Part shown: positions 1 to 13,238 of the stretch, piece after piece
How the letters are laid out: every line of letters starts with the position of its first letter
Numbering within the stretch: position 1 is the stretch's first letter
Assembly: GCF_009914755.1 (NCBI RefSeq)
Contig: NC_060942.1
Strand: one strand, 5' to 3'
Origin: the human T2T-CHM13v2.0 reference genome, Homo sapiens
DNA length: 64,000 bases
Notes under the pieces: model-generated
The model's database searches: none
Told to the model about the DNA's origin: nothing
Seen by the model: only the letters and a program-made list of their open reading frames with translations
Made by a program: the position numbers and the translations under genes

Positions 1-29
1 CCCAGCTCAATAAAAGAAAAGAGACACAC

Positions 30-1555
30 ACCAATGGCCATGAAGGTAAACAGAGTGCTAAGTGTCACATGAGGACTCCACACCAAATGCGATAGGAGCT
101 TGGAAGAGAGGAACCAGACATACTTTCTAGCTGGAAGGTAGGATTTCAATAGATGAAGTAACAAGGAGGTCAGGTCAGATAATGGGAATCCCAATACTAG
201 TACATATAAAGAAGAACGATGAAATGTCAGAAAGTTTGAGTAGTTTAGATTAACTAGATTGTAGGGTTTATTTTTAGGAAGATTGTCAGAACGACCAGAA
301 ATCAGCTTGTAGCAGCCCAAAAGGCACAATCATGAATGCAAGCCTAAGGAAATCTTATTTGATGCATTACTTATTGAGGAATTTTAGGAAAAAGTTTGAG
401 TAAGTGAGTTGCAAAATTGGATTTATTCTTTAGGATGTATAAACAAACTCAGACATGTGAAGTAGAGTGGAAAGGGAGAGAGTGTAGACAGGAGTTTCTA
501 ACCATGGTTGCACACTGGAATCTTCTGGGGAACATTAAGAAAGATTAATGCGCTGACCCACCTCCTAGAGATTCTGATGTAATTGGCTTGGCTATAGCCT
601 GGGGATCACGTGTTTTTAAAGCACCCCAGGTGATACATACATCTAGTGCTGGCTGTTAACCATTGAGAAGGTGATTGAAACATTTCAGCTGTGATAAAAG
701 AGGGTCCTGAACTAGGAAAGTGAAGGTGTGGATGGAGTGCACTGATTTAAACAGGAGCTGAAGGAGAAAATATAGGAAATGATGTCTTCAAAATTGCAGG
801 ACCAAGTGCCCAGGAAAAAGAGAAAATTGTAACAAAGAGAGGACAGTCAGAAGCAAGAGCTTACTTGGGAAGGAAGACAACAAGTTGAGTTTTGGCTACC
901 TTGACTTTTTAGTGCTGGTGGATGATCCTATTAGAAACTAAGATTTCAGGGCTCAGATGTAGGTGAAGAAATCAATCATTTGGAATTAGGTCACGGTTGA
1001 CATGGGAAAGTTGAGCAAAAGACAGGACACTAAGACAGATGTCTGAGAACAGAGAGAAGACAATTCATAGACTGAAGTGTCCAGAGGCTTGTAGGCCAAC
1101 CAGGATAGTGGAATATAATCAACACTAATAAAAAAGAGACTGTTATAGAGGAGAAGACTGATGAATGCTACAGGAGAGGTAAAGGGGATACTGGCCAAGG
1201 GAAGATTACAAGATTCAGGGAACAGGAGACATTGGGGACCTTTGGAAACCATTTCAGTGAAGTTTAGAGTCAGATTCCAGATTAATCATGGTGATGACAG
1301 GAACTATAGATGTTTGTTACAGGGTGGAAACCAAAAAATGGAATCACAGGTCAAGGAAGTAATAGAGCAGATAAATAGTTTTAACAGAAGAATGAAAGAA
1401 ACAAAGAGAAGGAGGATGTTGAAGATGCTAGCCATGGAGGACATAATTCAATGGGGAAAAGGTCCCAGAAAAGAAGAGAAAGAAGGGATATGGAGTACAT
1501 GTACAAGAGCTGGATTTGGAAGGGAAGGATTCTCTTTTCTAAAAGAGAAGAGGGT
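30..1555 (-). mobile_element. Degraded L2 LINE fragments (interrupted by MER5)
   Basis: Long purine-rich tract with typical antisense-L2 phrasing; boundaries approximate. Confidence 0.55.
489..665. mobile_element. MER5-family hAT-Charlie element
   Basis: Motifs 'ggttgcacactggaatc', 'agagattctgatgtaattgg' and 'ccccaggtgat' match recalled MER5A/B consensus. Confidence 0.75.
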
Positions 1556-1558
1556 CGA

Positions 1559-2245
1559 TGTTGGGGTACAGAAAATGATTCCCAAGAATATGGCACTTTT
1601 GCACACTGAGTGCTTTGAAAGACCCTGGAAATAAACCTCAGAACAAAGGGCTCTCTCCTGCCTTCCTTCACCTCCCTGTCTCTCAGATCCTCTTTCACAA
1701 AGCACCTGGAGGGACCCTCTGGAATTTCTTTATCTGACTAAGAAAGCTTTTTTTCCCAAAACAAATGCAGTTATCTTAACACCCCCTCCCTAGGAAGCTC
1801 ATCAAATAACCAGGAAAGATTAACAACCAGAGAAGAGAAGAGACTGGGCATCATCACCATGCCCAGACAGACTTTTCATCTGTTGTCCTGAGGGCAGCTC
1901 CAAGAGATTACTTGGAGGACTTTATCTGCATAATAAGACAACCTGTGTTCCTGTGGAGTTCTGCCCTTCACCTTCCATAACTTGTCTATCTCAACCAGCT
2001 TCCAAAGAGAATAATTTACAAAATAATTTCTGCCCCCTTGGTCTACACATCTCTCCCCTGTGAAGAGGGTATTTAAGCCTCAAACATCTGGTCCCTCTTT
2101 GAGTCTCATACTTTGTGTCTGGCTTCCATGTATATGCAAAGGAATAAATCTTGTATGCCTTTTTCTCCTGTTAATCTGCCTTTTGTCAGTCCATTTTCAG
2201 CAATCTTTTGGAGGGGGAAGAGGGAAGCTTTTCCTCTTTGCCACA
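1559..2245 (+). mobile_element. MER34-family ERV1 solo LTR
   Basis: TG...CA termini; 5' 'tgttggggtacagaaaatgattcccaagaatatggcac'; 3' 'ttttcagcaatc...ctttgccaca'; AATAAA near 2143. Confidence 0.8.
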
Positions 2246-2689
2246 ATAGTGAAAAGGAGGAAAAAGAGAGAACAGGAATAGAAATTGAGGGATGGTACAG
2301 AATATGTGATGATGGGTAATAAAATGGGGCATTTTAGGACCAAAAGATCATGGTTTTAGTAATATTATATATACTAGGATATAAATCCTAGTTATCTACT
2401 GAAAATGAAGAAGATAGCGTAAGAAGTGAAGCCTCAAATAATATGAAAAATGATTAGAAATATGATAAAACATTTAACAAAGAAAAATGAAGTAGTGAAA
2501 GCAAAGTAGCAAACTGTCAACCCTCTGAAAACAGAGCGTGAAAAGTAATTTAAAACTCCAGAAAAAGCCTTTGTCTGAATGCTTCAAACCTGTGCAAAGT
2601 CTTGCATATGATTTGAAAAAAAAAAAAAAAGTACAGGTCATTCTATTTCTGGCTGCTAAACCACTGTGAGAAAAAAAATTTCCTGTGTA

Positions 2690-2872
2690 GCATTACCACC
2701 ATTGTAATATGCATTTATTTGTATGATCTTTTAATTAACATCTGTCTCCACCTAGCAAATATTACAGACCTTGAAGGCAGAGTTGATGTGCCTTTCTTCC
2801 CACCATTAAATCCCAACATCTAGCAAAGACCTTCAGTTAATATCAGGTTTTTGGTAAATATTTGCTGAATAA
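2690..2872 (+). mobile_element. L2 3' end fragment
   Basis: 'ccttgaaggcagag...atcccaacatctagca...taaatatttgctgaataa' resembles the L2 terminus. Confidence 0.6.
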
Positions 2873-3505
2873 TTGATCTTTTATTTAAATGCATTCTTTT
2901 ATTCTCACTGTTCTTTATTAACAGGCTAATTTCAAAGTAGCTTTTGAAACCAAGGACAGTACTTTTCCAATATAGATAGGTGAGAGTCAAACTAAATGAA
3001 ATTAGCAAATTTGAGTCATTTATATGTATAACCTACAAACTCTAAACTGCAGGAATGCAAAGAATTGCCAGGGACAGTGTCCTTGAGAAGTATTAATCCT
3101 TTCCGGGAGACAACACCCAAAAGACATTTAAAAATTATATAATAAAAAATATTTCAATAAGTTTCAAGACAAAAATATAGGCAGGGGAGGTAATGGGTGA
3201 TTAACTGTCAAAGATTTTTCCAGACCACAAAATTTTGCTTACGTACTTCCTAGATTTTAAAAATTTTGGATCCTCTTAAGCATTTTAAGTTTATATATAA
3301 AAATTTGATTGAATATTTATAGTTCCAAAAAGATGATTTTCCAATTAACCATATATTTCTAAGGGTTTGAATATATTTTATTGATATATTTTGAGCTGCC
3401 AATATATATGGAATTGTGGGTTTAGCTCACTTCATTTGTGGAAATTGTCTGCCATATAATCAAATAGGCTGAGGCAGTCCTCACTGTCGAATAAATTGGT
3501 TAATC

Positions 3506-6091
3506 TAATTGAAAAGGAGGGACTCCTCCCTAATTCATTTTATGAGGTCAACATCATCCTGATACCAAAACCTGGCAGAGAGACACAACAAAAAAAGAAA
3601 ACTCCAGCCCAATATCCTTGATGAACATCAATGCAAAAATTCTCAGCAAAATACTGGCAAACCGAATCCAGCAGCACATCAAACAGCTTGTCCACAATGG
3701 TAAAGTCAGCTTCATCCCTGAGACGCAGGTCTGGTTCAACATATGAAAATCAATAAATGTTATTCATCACATAAACAAAACTAATGACAAAAAACACGTG
3801 ATTATCTCAGTAGATGCAGAGAAGGCCTTTGATAAAATTCAACATCCCTTCATGTTAAAAACTCTCAATAAAGTAGATATTGATAGAACATATCTCAAAA
3901 TAATAAGAGCCATTTATGACAAACCAACAGCCAATATCATACTGAATGGGCAAAACCTGGAAGCATTCCCATTGAAAACTGCACAAGACAAGGATGCCAC
4001 CTCTCACCACTCCTATTCAACATAGTATTAGAAGTTCTGGCCAGGGCAATCAGGCAAGAGAAAGAAATAAAGGTTATTCAAATAGGAAGAGATGAAGTCA
4101 AATTGTCTCTGTTTGCAGACGACATGATCCTATATCTAGAAAACCCCATCATCTCAGCCTAAAAGCTCCTTAAGCTGATAAGCAACTGCAGGAAAGTCTC
4201 AGGATACAAAATCAATGTGCAAAAATCACAAGCATTCCTATACATCAAAAATAGACAAGCAGAGAGTCAAATCGTGAATGAGCTTCTATTCACAATTGCT
4301 ACAAAGACAATAAAATACCTAGAAATACAGCTACAAAGAGATGTGAAGGGCCTCTTCAAGGAGAGTTACAAGCCACTGCTCAAGGAAATAGGAGAAAACA
4401 CATACAAATGGAAAAACATTCCATGCTTGTGGATAGGAAGAAAAAATATTGTGAAAATGGCCATACTGCCCGAAGTAATTTATAGATTCAATGCTATTCC
4501 TATCAAACTACCATTGACATTTTTCACAGAATTAGAAAAACTACTTTATAATTCATATGGAACCAAAAAAAGAGCCTGTGTAGCCAAGACAATCCTAAGC
4601 AAAAAGAACAAAGCTGGAGGAATCACGCTACCCTCCTCCAAGCTATACTACAGGGATACAGTAAGAAAAACAGCATGGCACTGGTACCAAAACAAACACA
4701 TAGACCAATAGAACTGAATAGAGATTTCAGAAATAAGACCACACATCGACAACCATCTGACCGTTGACAAACCTGACAAAAACAAGCAATGGGGAAAAGA
4801 TTCCCTATTTAATAAATGGTGCTGGGAAAACTGGCTAGCCATATGCAGAAACCTGAAACTGGATCACTTTCTTATACCTTATACAAATATTAACTCAAGA
4901 TGGATTAAAGACTTAAGTTTAAAACCCAAAACCACAAAAACTCTAGAAGAAAATCTAGGCAATATCATTCAGGACATAGCCATGGGCAAAGATTTTATGA
5001 TGAAATCGCCAAAAGCAATTGCAACAAAAGCAAAAATTGACAAATGGGATCTAATAAAACTAAAGAGCTTCTGCACAGCAAAAAAAAAAAAAAAAAAAAA
5101 AAAAGTACCTGTCATCAGAGTGAAAAAGCAACCTACAGAATGGGAAGAAAATTTTTGCAATCTACCCATCTGACAAAGGTCTAATATCCAGAATCTACAA
5201 GGAATTTAAACAAATTCACAAGAAAAAACAGCAAACAACCCCATCAAAAAGTGGGCAAAGGACATGAACAGACATTTCTCAAAAGAAGACTTTTATGCAG
5301 CCAACAAACATATAAAAAGAAGCTCAACATCACTGATTATTAGAGAAATGCAAATCAAAACCACAATGAGATATCATTTCATGACAGTCAGAATGGCAAT
5401 TAAAAAGTCAAGAAACAACAGATGCTGGCAAGGCTGTGGAGAAATAAACACTTTTACACTGTTGGTAGGAATGTGAATTAGTTCAATCATTGTGGAAGAC
5501 AGTTTGGTGATTCTGCAAGGATCTGGAACCAGAAATACCATTTGAACCAGAAATCCCATTACTGGGCATATATCCAAAGGACTATAAATCATTCTATTAT
5601 AAAGATACATGCACGTGTATGTTTATAGCAGCACTATTCACAATAGCAAAAACATGGAATCAATCCAAATGCCCATCAATGATAGACTGGATAAAGAAAA
5701 TGTGGTACATATACACCATGGAATACTATGCAGCCATAAAAAGGAATGAGATCATGTCTTTTGCAGGGACATGGATGAATCTGGAAGCCATCATCTTCAG
5801 CAAACTAATACAGGAACAGAAGACCAAATACCACATGTTCTCATTCATAAGTGGGAGTTGAATAATGAGAACACATGGACACAGGGAGGGGAACAACACA
5901 CACTGGGGCCTATCAGTGGGGCCGGGGAGGGAGAGCATCAGGATAAATAGCTAACGCATGTGGGGCTTAATACCTAGGCAGTGGGTTGATAGGTACAGCA
6001 AATCATCATAGTGCACATTTACCTATGTAATAAACCTGCGTGTCCTGCACATGTGTCCTGGAACTTAAAATTTAAAAAAATAAAATAAAAT
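3506..6091 (+). mobile_element. 5'-truncated L1PA (L1PA10-like) LINE-1
   Basis: Continuous ORF2 3' half, 3'UTR and A-rich tail. TSD aattggttaatc (3494-3505) / aatcggttaatc (6092-6103), one CpG-type mismatch. 3'UTR 'gagagcatcaggataaatagctaa' suggests ~L1PA10. Confidence 0.95.
3511..5861 (+). pseudogene. Disrupted L1 ORF2 (reverse transcriptase to C-terminal region)
   Basis: ORF pieces 3798-4025 ([22 protein letters not shown]), FADD motif 4112-4123, 4217-4711, 4982-5173, 5264-5476 and 5619-5861; frameshifts and stops between them. Confidence 0.93.
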
Positions 6092-6687
6092 AATCGGTTA
6101 ATCAAACTTACTTTCTGCTAGAAAAATAAAATCTAAGTTTATTTTAAAAATTCAAATGAACATGCTAATGTCACTTTGTGACAGTCTTTACATTTCTCAA
6201 TTCTGTTTTCAATTCAATCTATAATAGGTAGGGAGATGGACAGACAGACAGCACAATGCTTTGCTGTGAGCTTTTCACCCTGAAATAAAATGCATCCTTC
6301 AAGATTTCATACAGCAGCGATTTTTTGCTTGGATCACAAAGGACTGTCCTTTAGAAGTGAGGTATTTCATAAGGAGCTCTTTTGTTTTATTTCCCAAGGG
6401 GTTTTATAACTTTTCCAATCATTTTTATGCACTGAAGGCCTTTATACAGTAGGGCAAGAAGATCAGGATAAATGAAAAGTGTGCATTTATTTGGTAAAGT
6501 GAAGCAATTGCTAAAAAGGAGGTAGGAAAGGAGACTAGGTTCACCACAGGCCTCAGGAGGATTAACTGCAGGAAAGAATGTGATTGAAGGTTGTGATCAG
6601 AAGAGTGATTCCCTTGAAGTTATCCATTCCCATGCACCCTCCGGAAAGCTTTAGTTTATCCCTAAAATTGAAGATTATTGTTTAGAT

Positions 6688-6893
6688 AAAGAGTTGGCAA
6701 ATGACAACCTATAAGCCAAATCTGATCTGCTGCCTGTTCTGTAAATAAAGTTTTATAGAATAAACTATATTCATTTACTTATATGTGGCTGCATTTGCAC
6801 TGTAACAGCAGGGCTGCCTAGTTATAACAGTGACTGTATTGTACTAAAAACCTAAAATATCTAGCCCTTTACAGAGAAGTTTGCCTACTCTTA
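6688..6893 (+). mobile_element. MER58A (hAT-Charlie)
   Basis: 'gttggcaaa...aaataaagttttat...ccctttacagagaagtttgcc'; 8-bp TSD-like gtttagat / ttctagat. Confidence 0.85.
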
Positions 6894-7788
6894 TTCTAGA
6901 TGTTATAAAAGTGCTGTACCTTCAGGTCAGAGACAGAGAAAGAGAGAGAAAGTGTGCATCTTAGATTGGGTTGGTCAGCGTAAAATGTGCTAGCTAACTG
7001 AAAAAAATATGTGGAAAGATAAAGAGAATAACAATTGGCAACAAACCATACTGGCACTATATCTAACATAAAAATGAGGAGTCCGTATGATAAACAGGCC
7101 CATGCTAAATCTTACAGCCAAGAGAATTATATATGGAGGGAATAGGCCTACGAATAATGCTTTAGTCAGAAAGAATGAGTTATTAAAACACATGCTATCA
7201 TCCAAACCAATATAAGGGTAAATTGCTCCCAATCACGTGGGCATTTCCCCTGGAAGTCTGCAAGTAGCAGTAGGCAGTGAATGAGATCCTTAAGCAGGTT
7301 TTAATAATGGTCGATGTCTTCACTAATGTAACTAATTGATTCAGATCTGAAACGCAAGCTCAGTAATGTAATCTAAGTGGTATTTAGTTTTCTAACGTGG
7401 TTCTGATTTCTCAGAACAGACTAGAGTATGTAGGTGACCTCCACCAATTTTTTCACTAAAATTTATTTTGACTCTTAATGCTGTCTTTAAATTGCCATAT
7501 AAACGCTCTTTAAAAAACGGTGTCAGCAACAACAATAGCAACAAACACTAACACTCCACTTATTCAAACAGATTAACTAAGGCTGCGATTCTTTTTACAG
7601 ATATTAGAAATCTGACTTTCCTATGGGTGTGGTAAATCCAGCCAGTCCAAGTCCTAGCATAGGGTTCTAGAAAAAATCCTTTAGTGAACTGAAGATTTGG
7701 TTGAATTCACTCCATCAATTAGAGCATTCTCAACATTTATTAAAGACCTATCATGTATAAAATATTGGGTATATCTGAGTGCAGTGTG

Positions 7789-7789
7789 A

Positions 7790-7823
<34 letters not shown>

Positions 7824-7830
7824 TTTTTTT
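7789..7830. repeat. (AT)n plus poly-T, tail of the Alu
   Basis: Directly visible. Confidence 0.9.
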
Positions 7831-8111
7831 GAGATGGCATCTCGCTCTGTCACCCAGGCTGGAGGGCAATGGTGCGATCTCGGCTCACTGCAACCTCTGC
7901 CTCCCAATTCAAGTGATTCTCCTGCCTCAGCCTCCCTAGTAGTTGGGATTACAGGCGCATGCTACCACACCCAGCTGGTTCTTGTATTTTTTAGTAGAGA
8001 CAGAGTTTCGCCATGTTGGTCAGGCTCGTCTCAAACTCCTGATCCCAGGTGATCCACCCACCGCAGCCTTCCAAAGTGCTGGGATTACAGGCATGAGCCA
8101 CCGCACCCGGC
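7806..8111 (-). mobile_element. AluS
   Basis: Full dimeric Alu in antisense orientation with T tail. Confidence 0.95.
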
Positions 8112-8410
8112 ACATTTGTACTGATTAGAAGAAATTTTTGGTAAAGAGATTCTTGATTCAACCCCCAACTGAATTATGAAAAAATCAAAACTGAGAGTAC
8201 CTAAATTCATAGTCTTTCTCTCCAGAGTTCAAGTCCAGTGTTCAAGTGTAAGCAGAGACTACTTCCCATTTCAATATTCAAAATTGAGTATAATTAACAT
8301 TAAATGCCAGGTATAAAGACAGAGAGCTCCATAGACTTCAACATACTCTAACATTGTTTTCAAATTTACTAAATAAGAAAATTTTTTTATATCTTTATTT
8401 ACTTAGCATT

Positions 8411-9180
8411 TGATACATCAGACATGGCCTAATTGGGAGACAAAAACCATGCAGTAATTTGAACAAGGACAGTGTAATATAAAGAACCATTAACAGAGGG
8501 TTGGAGTAACAGGGACTTCATTCGTAAGAGTTAAAGAAGACAGCAAAGAATACAGAAGTGATAGATAGCAGGAGCAGCCACTGTACCTAGGACTGAGCTA
8601 GAGAACCCATGGAAGTGCCCTGCCCAAACAAGGCTAGGATACTGACTTCACTGAAGAGAGTATCGCTGCGGCTCACTGGACAGCAAGAAGTAGCTGATGT
8701 GTCATGTAGGCAGAACTTGCTGGACATCTGTCCTCTGAAATCCTGCAGGAAGGTGCTGGGCTTGAGAACTCACTGCAAAGTCACCCAGGAAATTGGTGTG
8801 GGAGGCCCTTCACAGGCCTAAGCCTTGCTGTCAGCACTCCACTCTGAAGCCTCAGAGGAGGTTCCAGGAAGCTGCTGGCTGCTGTGGCTCATGTTAGGCA
8901 GCAGGAGCTGGGATATGAAACAGCCTTCCTTTACAGGAGCAGGCACTGAAGAAATTGTACTCTTCACAGGAATTTAGCAAGGAAGGCACACCAGAACACA
9001 GATGAAAAACTCCTTTTCTCCTCCAGTGTCCTGTGATTACCCCCACTCCCATATTACAACACTGAACATTGCACCAACTGACAAAAGAGAAATATTTACA
9101 GAGCCCACCTTCATGATTACAGAGCAGGCAAAGAAAGACATGCTTTGAGCTAAGGGGTAATACATCCATAACTGGCATGC
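8411..9180. mobile_element. LTR78-like ancient LTR
   Basis: 'cagtaatttgaacaagg...aatataaagaa', 'ggagcagccact...gctgag', 'gaacttgctgga' and terminal 'ataactggca' match recalled LTR78. Confidence 0.7.
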
Positions 9181-9290
9181 TTAGCTTTTGTGAATGTGCT
9201 GTAGATATTCATCAGTGCTGAAATGAGAATTTCATAGTTGTCCATTTCTCCACATAGCACCACAAATATACTGGGAAGGCCTTTGCTAAC

Positions 9291-9720
9291 CATTTATTCA
9301 ATGAGCATTGATTGAGTGCCCTTGCTGAGCCTCATATGTTCTCAGAGGTCAGGAGTAAAAGACAAAAATTTATAATCTGGCCACAAAAGATTGTACAATT
9401 GAGCAGAAGAGATAAATGGGTAAGTATCCAGATACAATGAGCTGAGCACAGTATCAGAGGTGTGTATACACAGTGCACAGTGCCCGTGAACCACAGAGAA
9501 GAAGCTAAGTCTGCCCTGGAGGAGTGAAGGGTAAGGATGGACAACGTCTTGTGCAGAGAGGATGGCCACTTATTGCATCTTGAAAGATGACTGGGAGTTT
9601 TCCAGGAAGACAAGAGTGAAAAGTCCTTCTCTCCCAGAGTGCAGTACATGCAAAAGTTCAAGGTCATAAAGATAATGAGTTATTGGCTAAAGGACCAGTA
9701 GTTCCCTGAGGCTGGAGACT
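9291..9720 (-). mobile_element. L2 3' fragment
   Basis: Begins 'catttattcaatgagcattgattgagtgcc'; typical antisense L2 body. Confidence 0.7.
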
Positions 9721-10107
9721 GCCATGATTGCCAGCAGCCGAACTGGAAAGACCTCATTTTGATAGACAAACTAAGACTTGACTTTAAAGATTATCCTTTC
9801 TCCATTTTCTGAAACATTTTTTAGAAAAATATACTATTTTCATTTGTCGTCCTGGAGAGTGAAAATGATAAAATGAATGCTTGGATCTGTACTTTCTGGA
9901 GGAATCAGATTGAATGTAAACGAGAACAAACACCATTAAAAAAGAAGTGGCTTGCTCTCTCTCTTTTATTTTTATTTTTAATTCAAATGCGACTCTGGAG
10001 TGCAACCATCATAATATATTGGAGAATCAGAACATCTGAGCCACATCACTGATTAGCTTGCTTTTCACCCAAAGCAAAGGGAAAAAATTATTGATGAATT
10101 AAATAAA

Positions 10108-10174
10108 TGAGTCATTGAAAATGACTAAGCATGCAACATTTTGGTAAGTATGTCATGGCAACTGTACTGAGTCA
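10108..10174. promoter_or_regulatory. Candidate AP-1/ARE motif cluster
   Basis: TGAGTCA 10108-10114, ATGACTAAGCA 10121-10131 and TGAGTCA 10168-10174 in apparently unique DNA; motif evidence only. Confidence 0.35.
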
Positions 10175-10650
10175 TATTTCAATTCTGAACTACAGTGGAG
10201 GGAAATACAATTTCCTCATTCTCAGCTCTGAATTTTAGAAGAGCTAATAAAGGTTTAACGTTATATTATGAAGACTTGAGGAGCTGCCCAGAGCAGAAGA
10301 GGAGGAAAGTCTCCAAAGACTCGTTCTGAATGTGGGGAAGATTCTGTTTTCTTCTTTTCTTGGCTTCAGGGAAAATGTGTCTTCTGAACATAGTGAGCAT
10401 GGGGAGGAGGTTTAGCTCATGGGTAGAGCAAGCAATCATCTCTATGGTACAGTTTGAAAAATAACCCTCTCCTCACAAACACCTCCCCAAAATAACTTGA
10501 ATGCCTTCCTCCATTTCCTGACACTTTGCCATGTGATATACTTCTGCATTATAAATATTGATTGAGTGATTGGATTAACTTACTGTCATTTCCAGAAATC
10601 CCCTGCAAAAATTAAAAAAAAAAAACCACAAAAACATAGACACATTGGAT

Positions 10651-10880
10651 AGTAATGGCTAACATTTATTGAGCACTTACTAATTCAGTCCATGTCTGAA
10701 TTATTAAAAATAATAAACTTATTTAATCCTCACTGTGAAAAAGTTCCTTTTAGTAGCCCCACTTTCCACATGAGAAAGCTGAAGCACAGAGAGATTAAGT
10801 AATTTTCCCAAGGTCACACAGCTAGTACATGTTAAAGCTGACACATGATGGTAGCCAGACTTCACTCTTCTAAGATCTTG
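10651..10880 (-). mobile_element. MIR
   Basis: 'taacatttattgagcacttac' and 'cccaaggtcacacagctagt' MIR core. Confidence 0.85.
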
Positions 10881-10939
10881 TAGTGACCCATCACTTGCCA
10901 TTAGAACCTTAGTTAGGATTACATTGTGAAAAAGTTCTT

Positions 10940-11170
10940 TTCAGTGCTTATATGAGCCAAGTACTGTCCTAAGCATTTTATACATATTACTCTATATTCT
11001 CTTCAAATTTAATACTCTGCTAAGATGGGTAACAGTTCCCTGTATTTTATGTAAGAGAAAACTGAGGTGCAAAAAGATGAAGAAATGTTCCCCAAAAACT
11101 CAGTTGTTAAGGACAAGGGCAAGATCCAGGTCCTAGGTCTGCCTGGTCCCCAAGCCTACAACTCAGGAGA
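10940..11170 (-). mobile_element. MIR
   Basis: 'ccaagtactgtcctaagcatttta' and 'gaaaactgagg'. Confidence 0.75.
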
Positions 11171-11677
11171 TTGCTCAGTTCTACCAGCCAGTATCCACTC
11201 ACCCCAAAGTATCATACATGGTTTGCCATATACATTCTTATTTCTGTACATTTTAGTGGAATTGCCAGATTATCAGGTGGCGATATAGTTGGAAGAGGAA
11301 TGCTAAGTAATTTTCTTAAAGTTGTACTTGCATAACAAGCCATTGTATTTGTTGGGGCTTACAGTAATTATGGGAGGGAGGGTTTAAAGCCCCACTGAAG
11401 CAATCTCTTAGGACTATTCATGTTTTCAGAGTGCCCATTCCCATCTCTCTGCTTTCTCCTTTCTTTCCAGCTGAGGGAAATTTCCCATTCCTTCCATAAA
11501 GCAATTTTGACTTCTCTACTTCAAGATATTTACTCCCCCTGTGAACTCATAAGCTTTATCAGTAGACCCACCAATTTGATAGCTATTGTGTGTGTAAAAA
11601 GAAAAAGAGAGAAAAAAAGAGAATAACTTTTAAAGCATCTACCAAGTGTTGGGTATAATGCTGTACTGTGTAGATAT

Positions 11678-12398
11678 ATATCTCATAGATTCTGAAAACA
11701 TATTTCTTTTTTCACATTAATGTCTCTGAAATTGGGATGCTTTGCACAATCAACTGTGTCTAACAATTGCTGTTGACCAGCCAGTAGTCATGATATAACT
11801 GTGTCATTATTCACTTACTATTTTGGTGGAATAACAGGAAAATCCCAATCCCTTGACATCCAATACAGTTAACACTTAAGAACCATTTGAAGAAGGAATG
11901 GAAGTTCCGAGTGCTTGAAAACTTTCTATTGAGACCCCAGTATTAAACTTGCACTGAGTGAAAAATTTTGAGTGAAAGTACCATGGGAGAGCTCTCATAC
12001 ATAAGAATGGAACATTCTTTCTTTTATATATGAAAGTGGAACATTATTTCTGCATCACCATTGCTTTTGCAGGCCAGGGGGTGATGTTGTAGGGAAAACA
12101 TAAACATCAAGAACTCTGAGTCAAAAAGAGACAAAGAAAGATCAGATGAGAAGAAATCTAGGAATACTTGGCCAACTTATTTTTCTTGTATTTTCCCATT
12201 TTTATGGGCCCAAGAGTCATATTTTTTTTAAAAAAAACCTATGTCTAAGTAAGTTTTAAAAAACTCTTTGAATAAATAGAAATTCTAAGAAACAAGAAAG
12301 ATTGTATTTCTGGGATTAATTGGCAGCATATTTTCTTTATTAGTGAAATATAACATAATAATGCTACTTGCAATCAGTGATATCTTAGATTTGAAGAA
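11678..12398. mobile_element. Kanga1/MER104-type TcMar-Tc2 DNA transposon inserted in a MIR
   Basis: Start 'atctcatagattctgaaaac...ttttcacattaatgtctctgaaattgggatgc' and end 'tcttagatttgaagaa' resemble recalled Kanga1 termini; MIR-like sequence at ~11630-11677 resumes at ~13035. Confidence 0.65.
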
Positions 12399-13021
12399 TG
12401 TCTTAGTTTAGACTGCTATCACATTTGTGTCTTAGACAACAAATGTTTACTTCTCACAGTTCTGGAGGCTGAGAAGTACAAGATCAAGGTCCCAGAAGAT
12501 CTGGCATCTGGTGAGGGCATGCTTCCTGCTTTGCAGACAGCCATTTTCTTGCTGTGTCCTCATATGGCTCAGAGAAAAGTGAGAACAAGCTCTATGTCTC
12601 TTGTTATAAGGACACAAATCCCATTATGATATGCCACCCTCATGACCTAATAACATTCTGGTATGGTTTGGATTTGTGTCCCCACCCAAATCTCATGTTG
12701 AATTGTAAATCTCATGAGATCTGGTTGTTTAAAAGTGTGTAGCACCTCCTCATTTTTTCTCTCTTCTGCCCCAGCCATGTGAAGATGTGCCTGCTTCCCC
12801 TTTACCTTCCACCATGATTGCAAGTTTCCTGAGGCCCCTTCAGCCATGCTACCTGTACATCCTGTGGAACCATGAGCCGATTAAACCTCCTTTTTAAAAT
12901 AAATTACCCAGTCTTAGGTATTTCTTTATAGCAATGTGAGAACAGATTACTATACCATCACAGTGGAAGCTCAGTTTCAACATATGAATGTGGAGTTGGC
13001 AGGACACATTTAGCCATAGCA
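12399..13021 (-). mobile_element. MLT1A-type MaLR LTR (interrupted by MSTA)
   Basis: 'tgtcttagtt...ctcacagttctggaggctgagaagt.caagatcaagg' ... 'tttcaacatatgaat...ccatagca'. Confidence 0.85.
12659..12954 (+). mobile_element. MSTA/MSTB MaLR LTR with internal deletion
   Basis: 'tggtatggtttggatttgtgtccccacccaaatctcatgttgaattgtaa' ... 'aaattacccagtcttaggtatttctttatagcaatgtgagaac'. Confidence 0.88.
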
Positions 13022-13074
13022 GGAAAATATAATATACCTCATTTAATTCTCACAACAGCCCGAAAATCTACTGT

Positions 13075-13238
13075 TTGTAGGAAAAACATAGACATCAAGA
13101 ACTCTGAGTCAAAAAGAGACAAAGAAAGACCAGATGACAAGAAATCTAGGAATACTTGACCAAATTATTTTTCTTGTATTTTCCCTTTTTTACAGGCCCA
13201 AGAGTCATATTTTTTTAAAAAAGAAAACCTATGTCTAA
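13075..13238 (+). repeat. Direct local duplicate of 12087-12248
   Basis: Manual alignment: about 9 substitutions plus homopolymer indels over ~163 nt. Confidence 0.95.

Noticed and set aside
1161-1634. 157-aa ORF
   Set aside because: Reads through purine-rich antisense L2 into an LTR; compositional artefact with no recognisable protein
10734-10937. 13-mer tgtgaaaaagttc repeated at 10734 and 10925
   Set aside because: Short, AT-rich and next to two MIRs; too little to interpret
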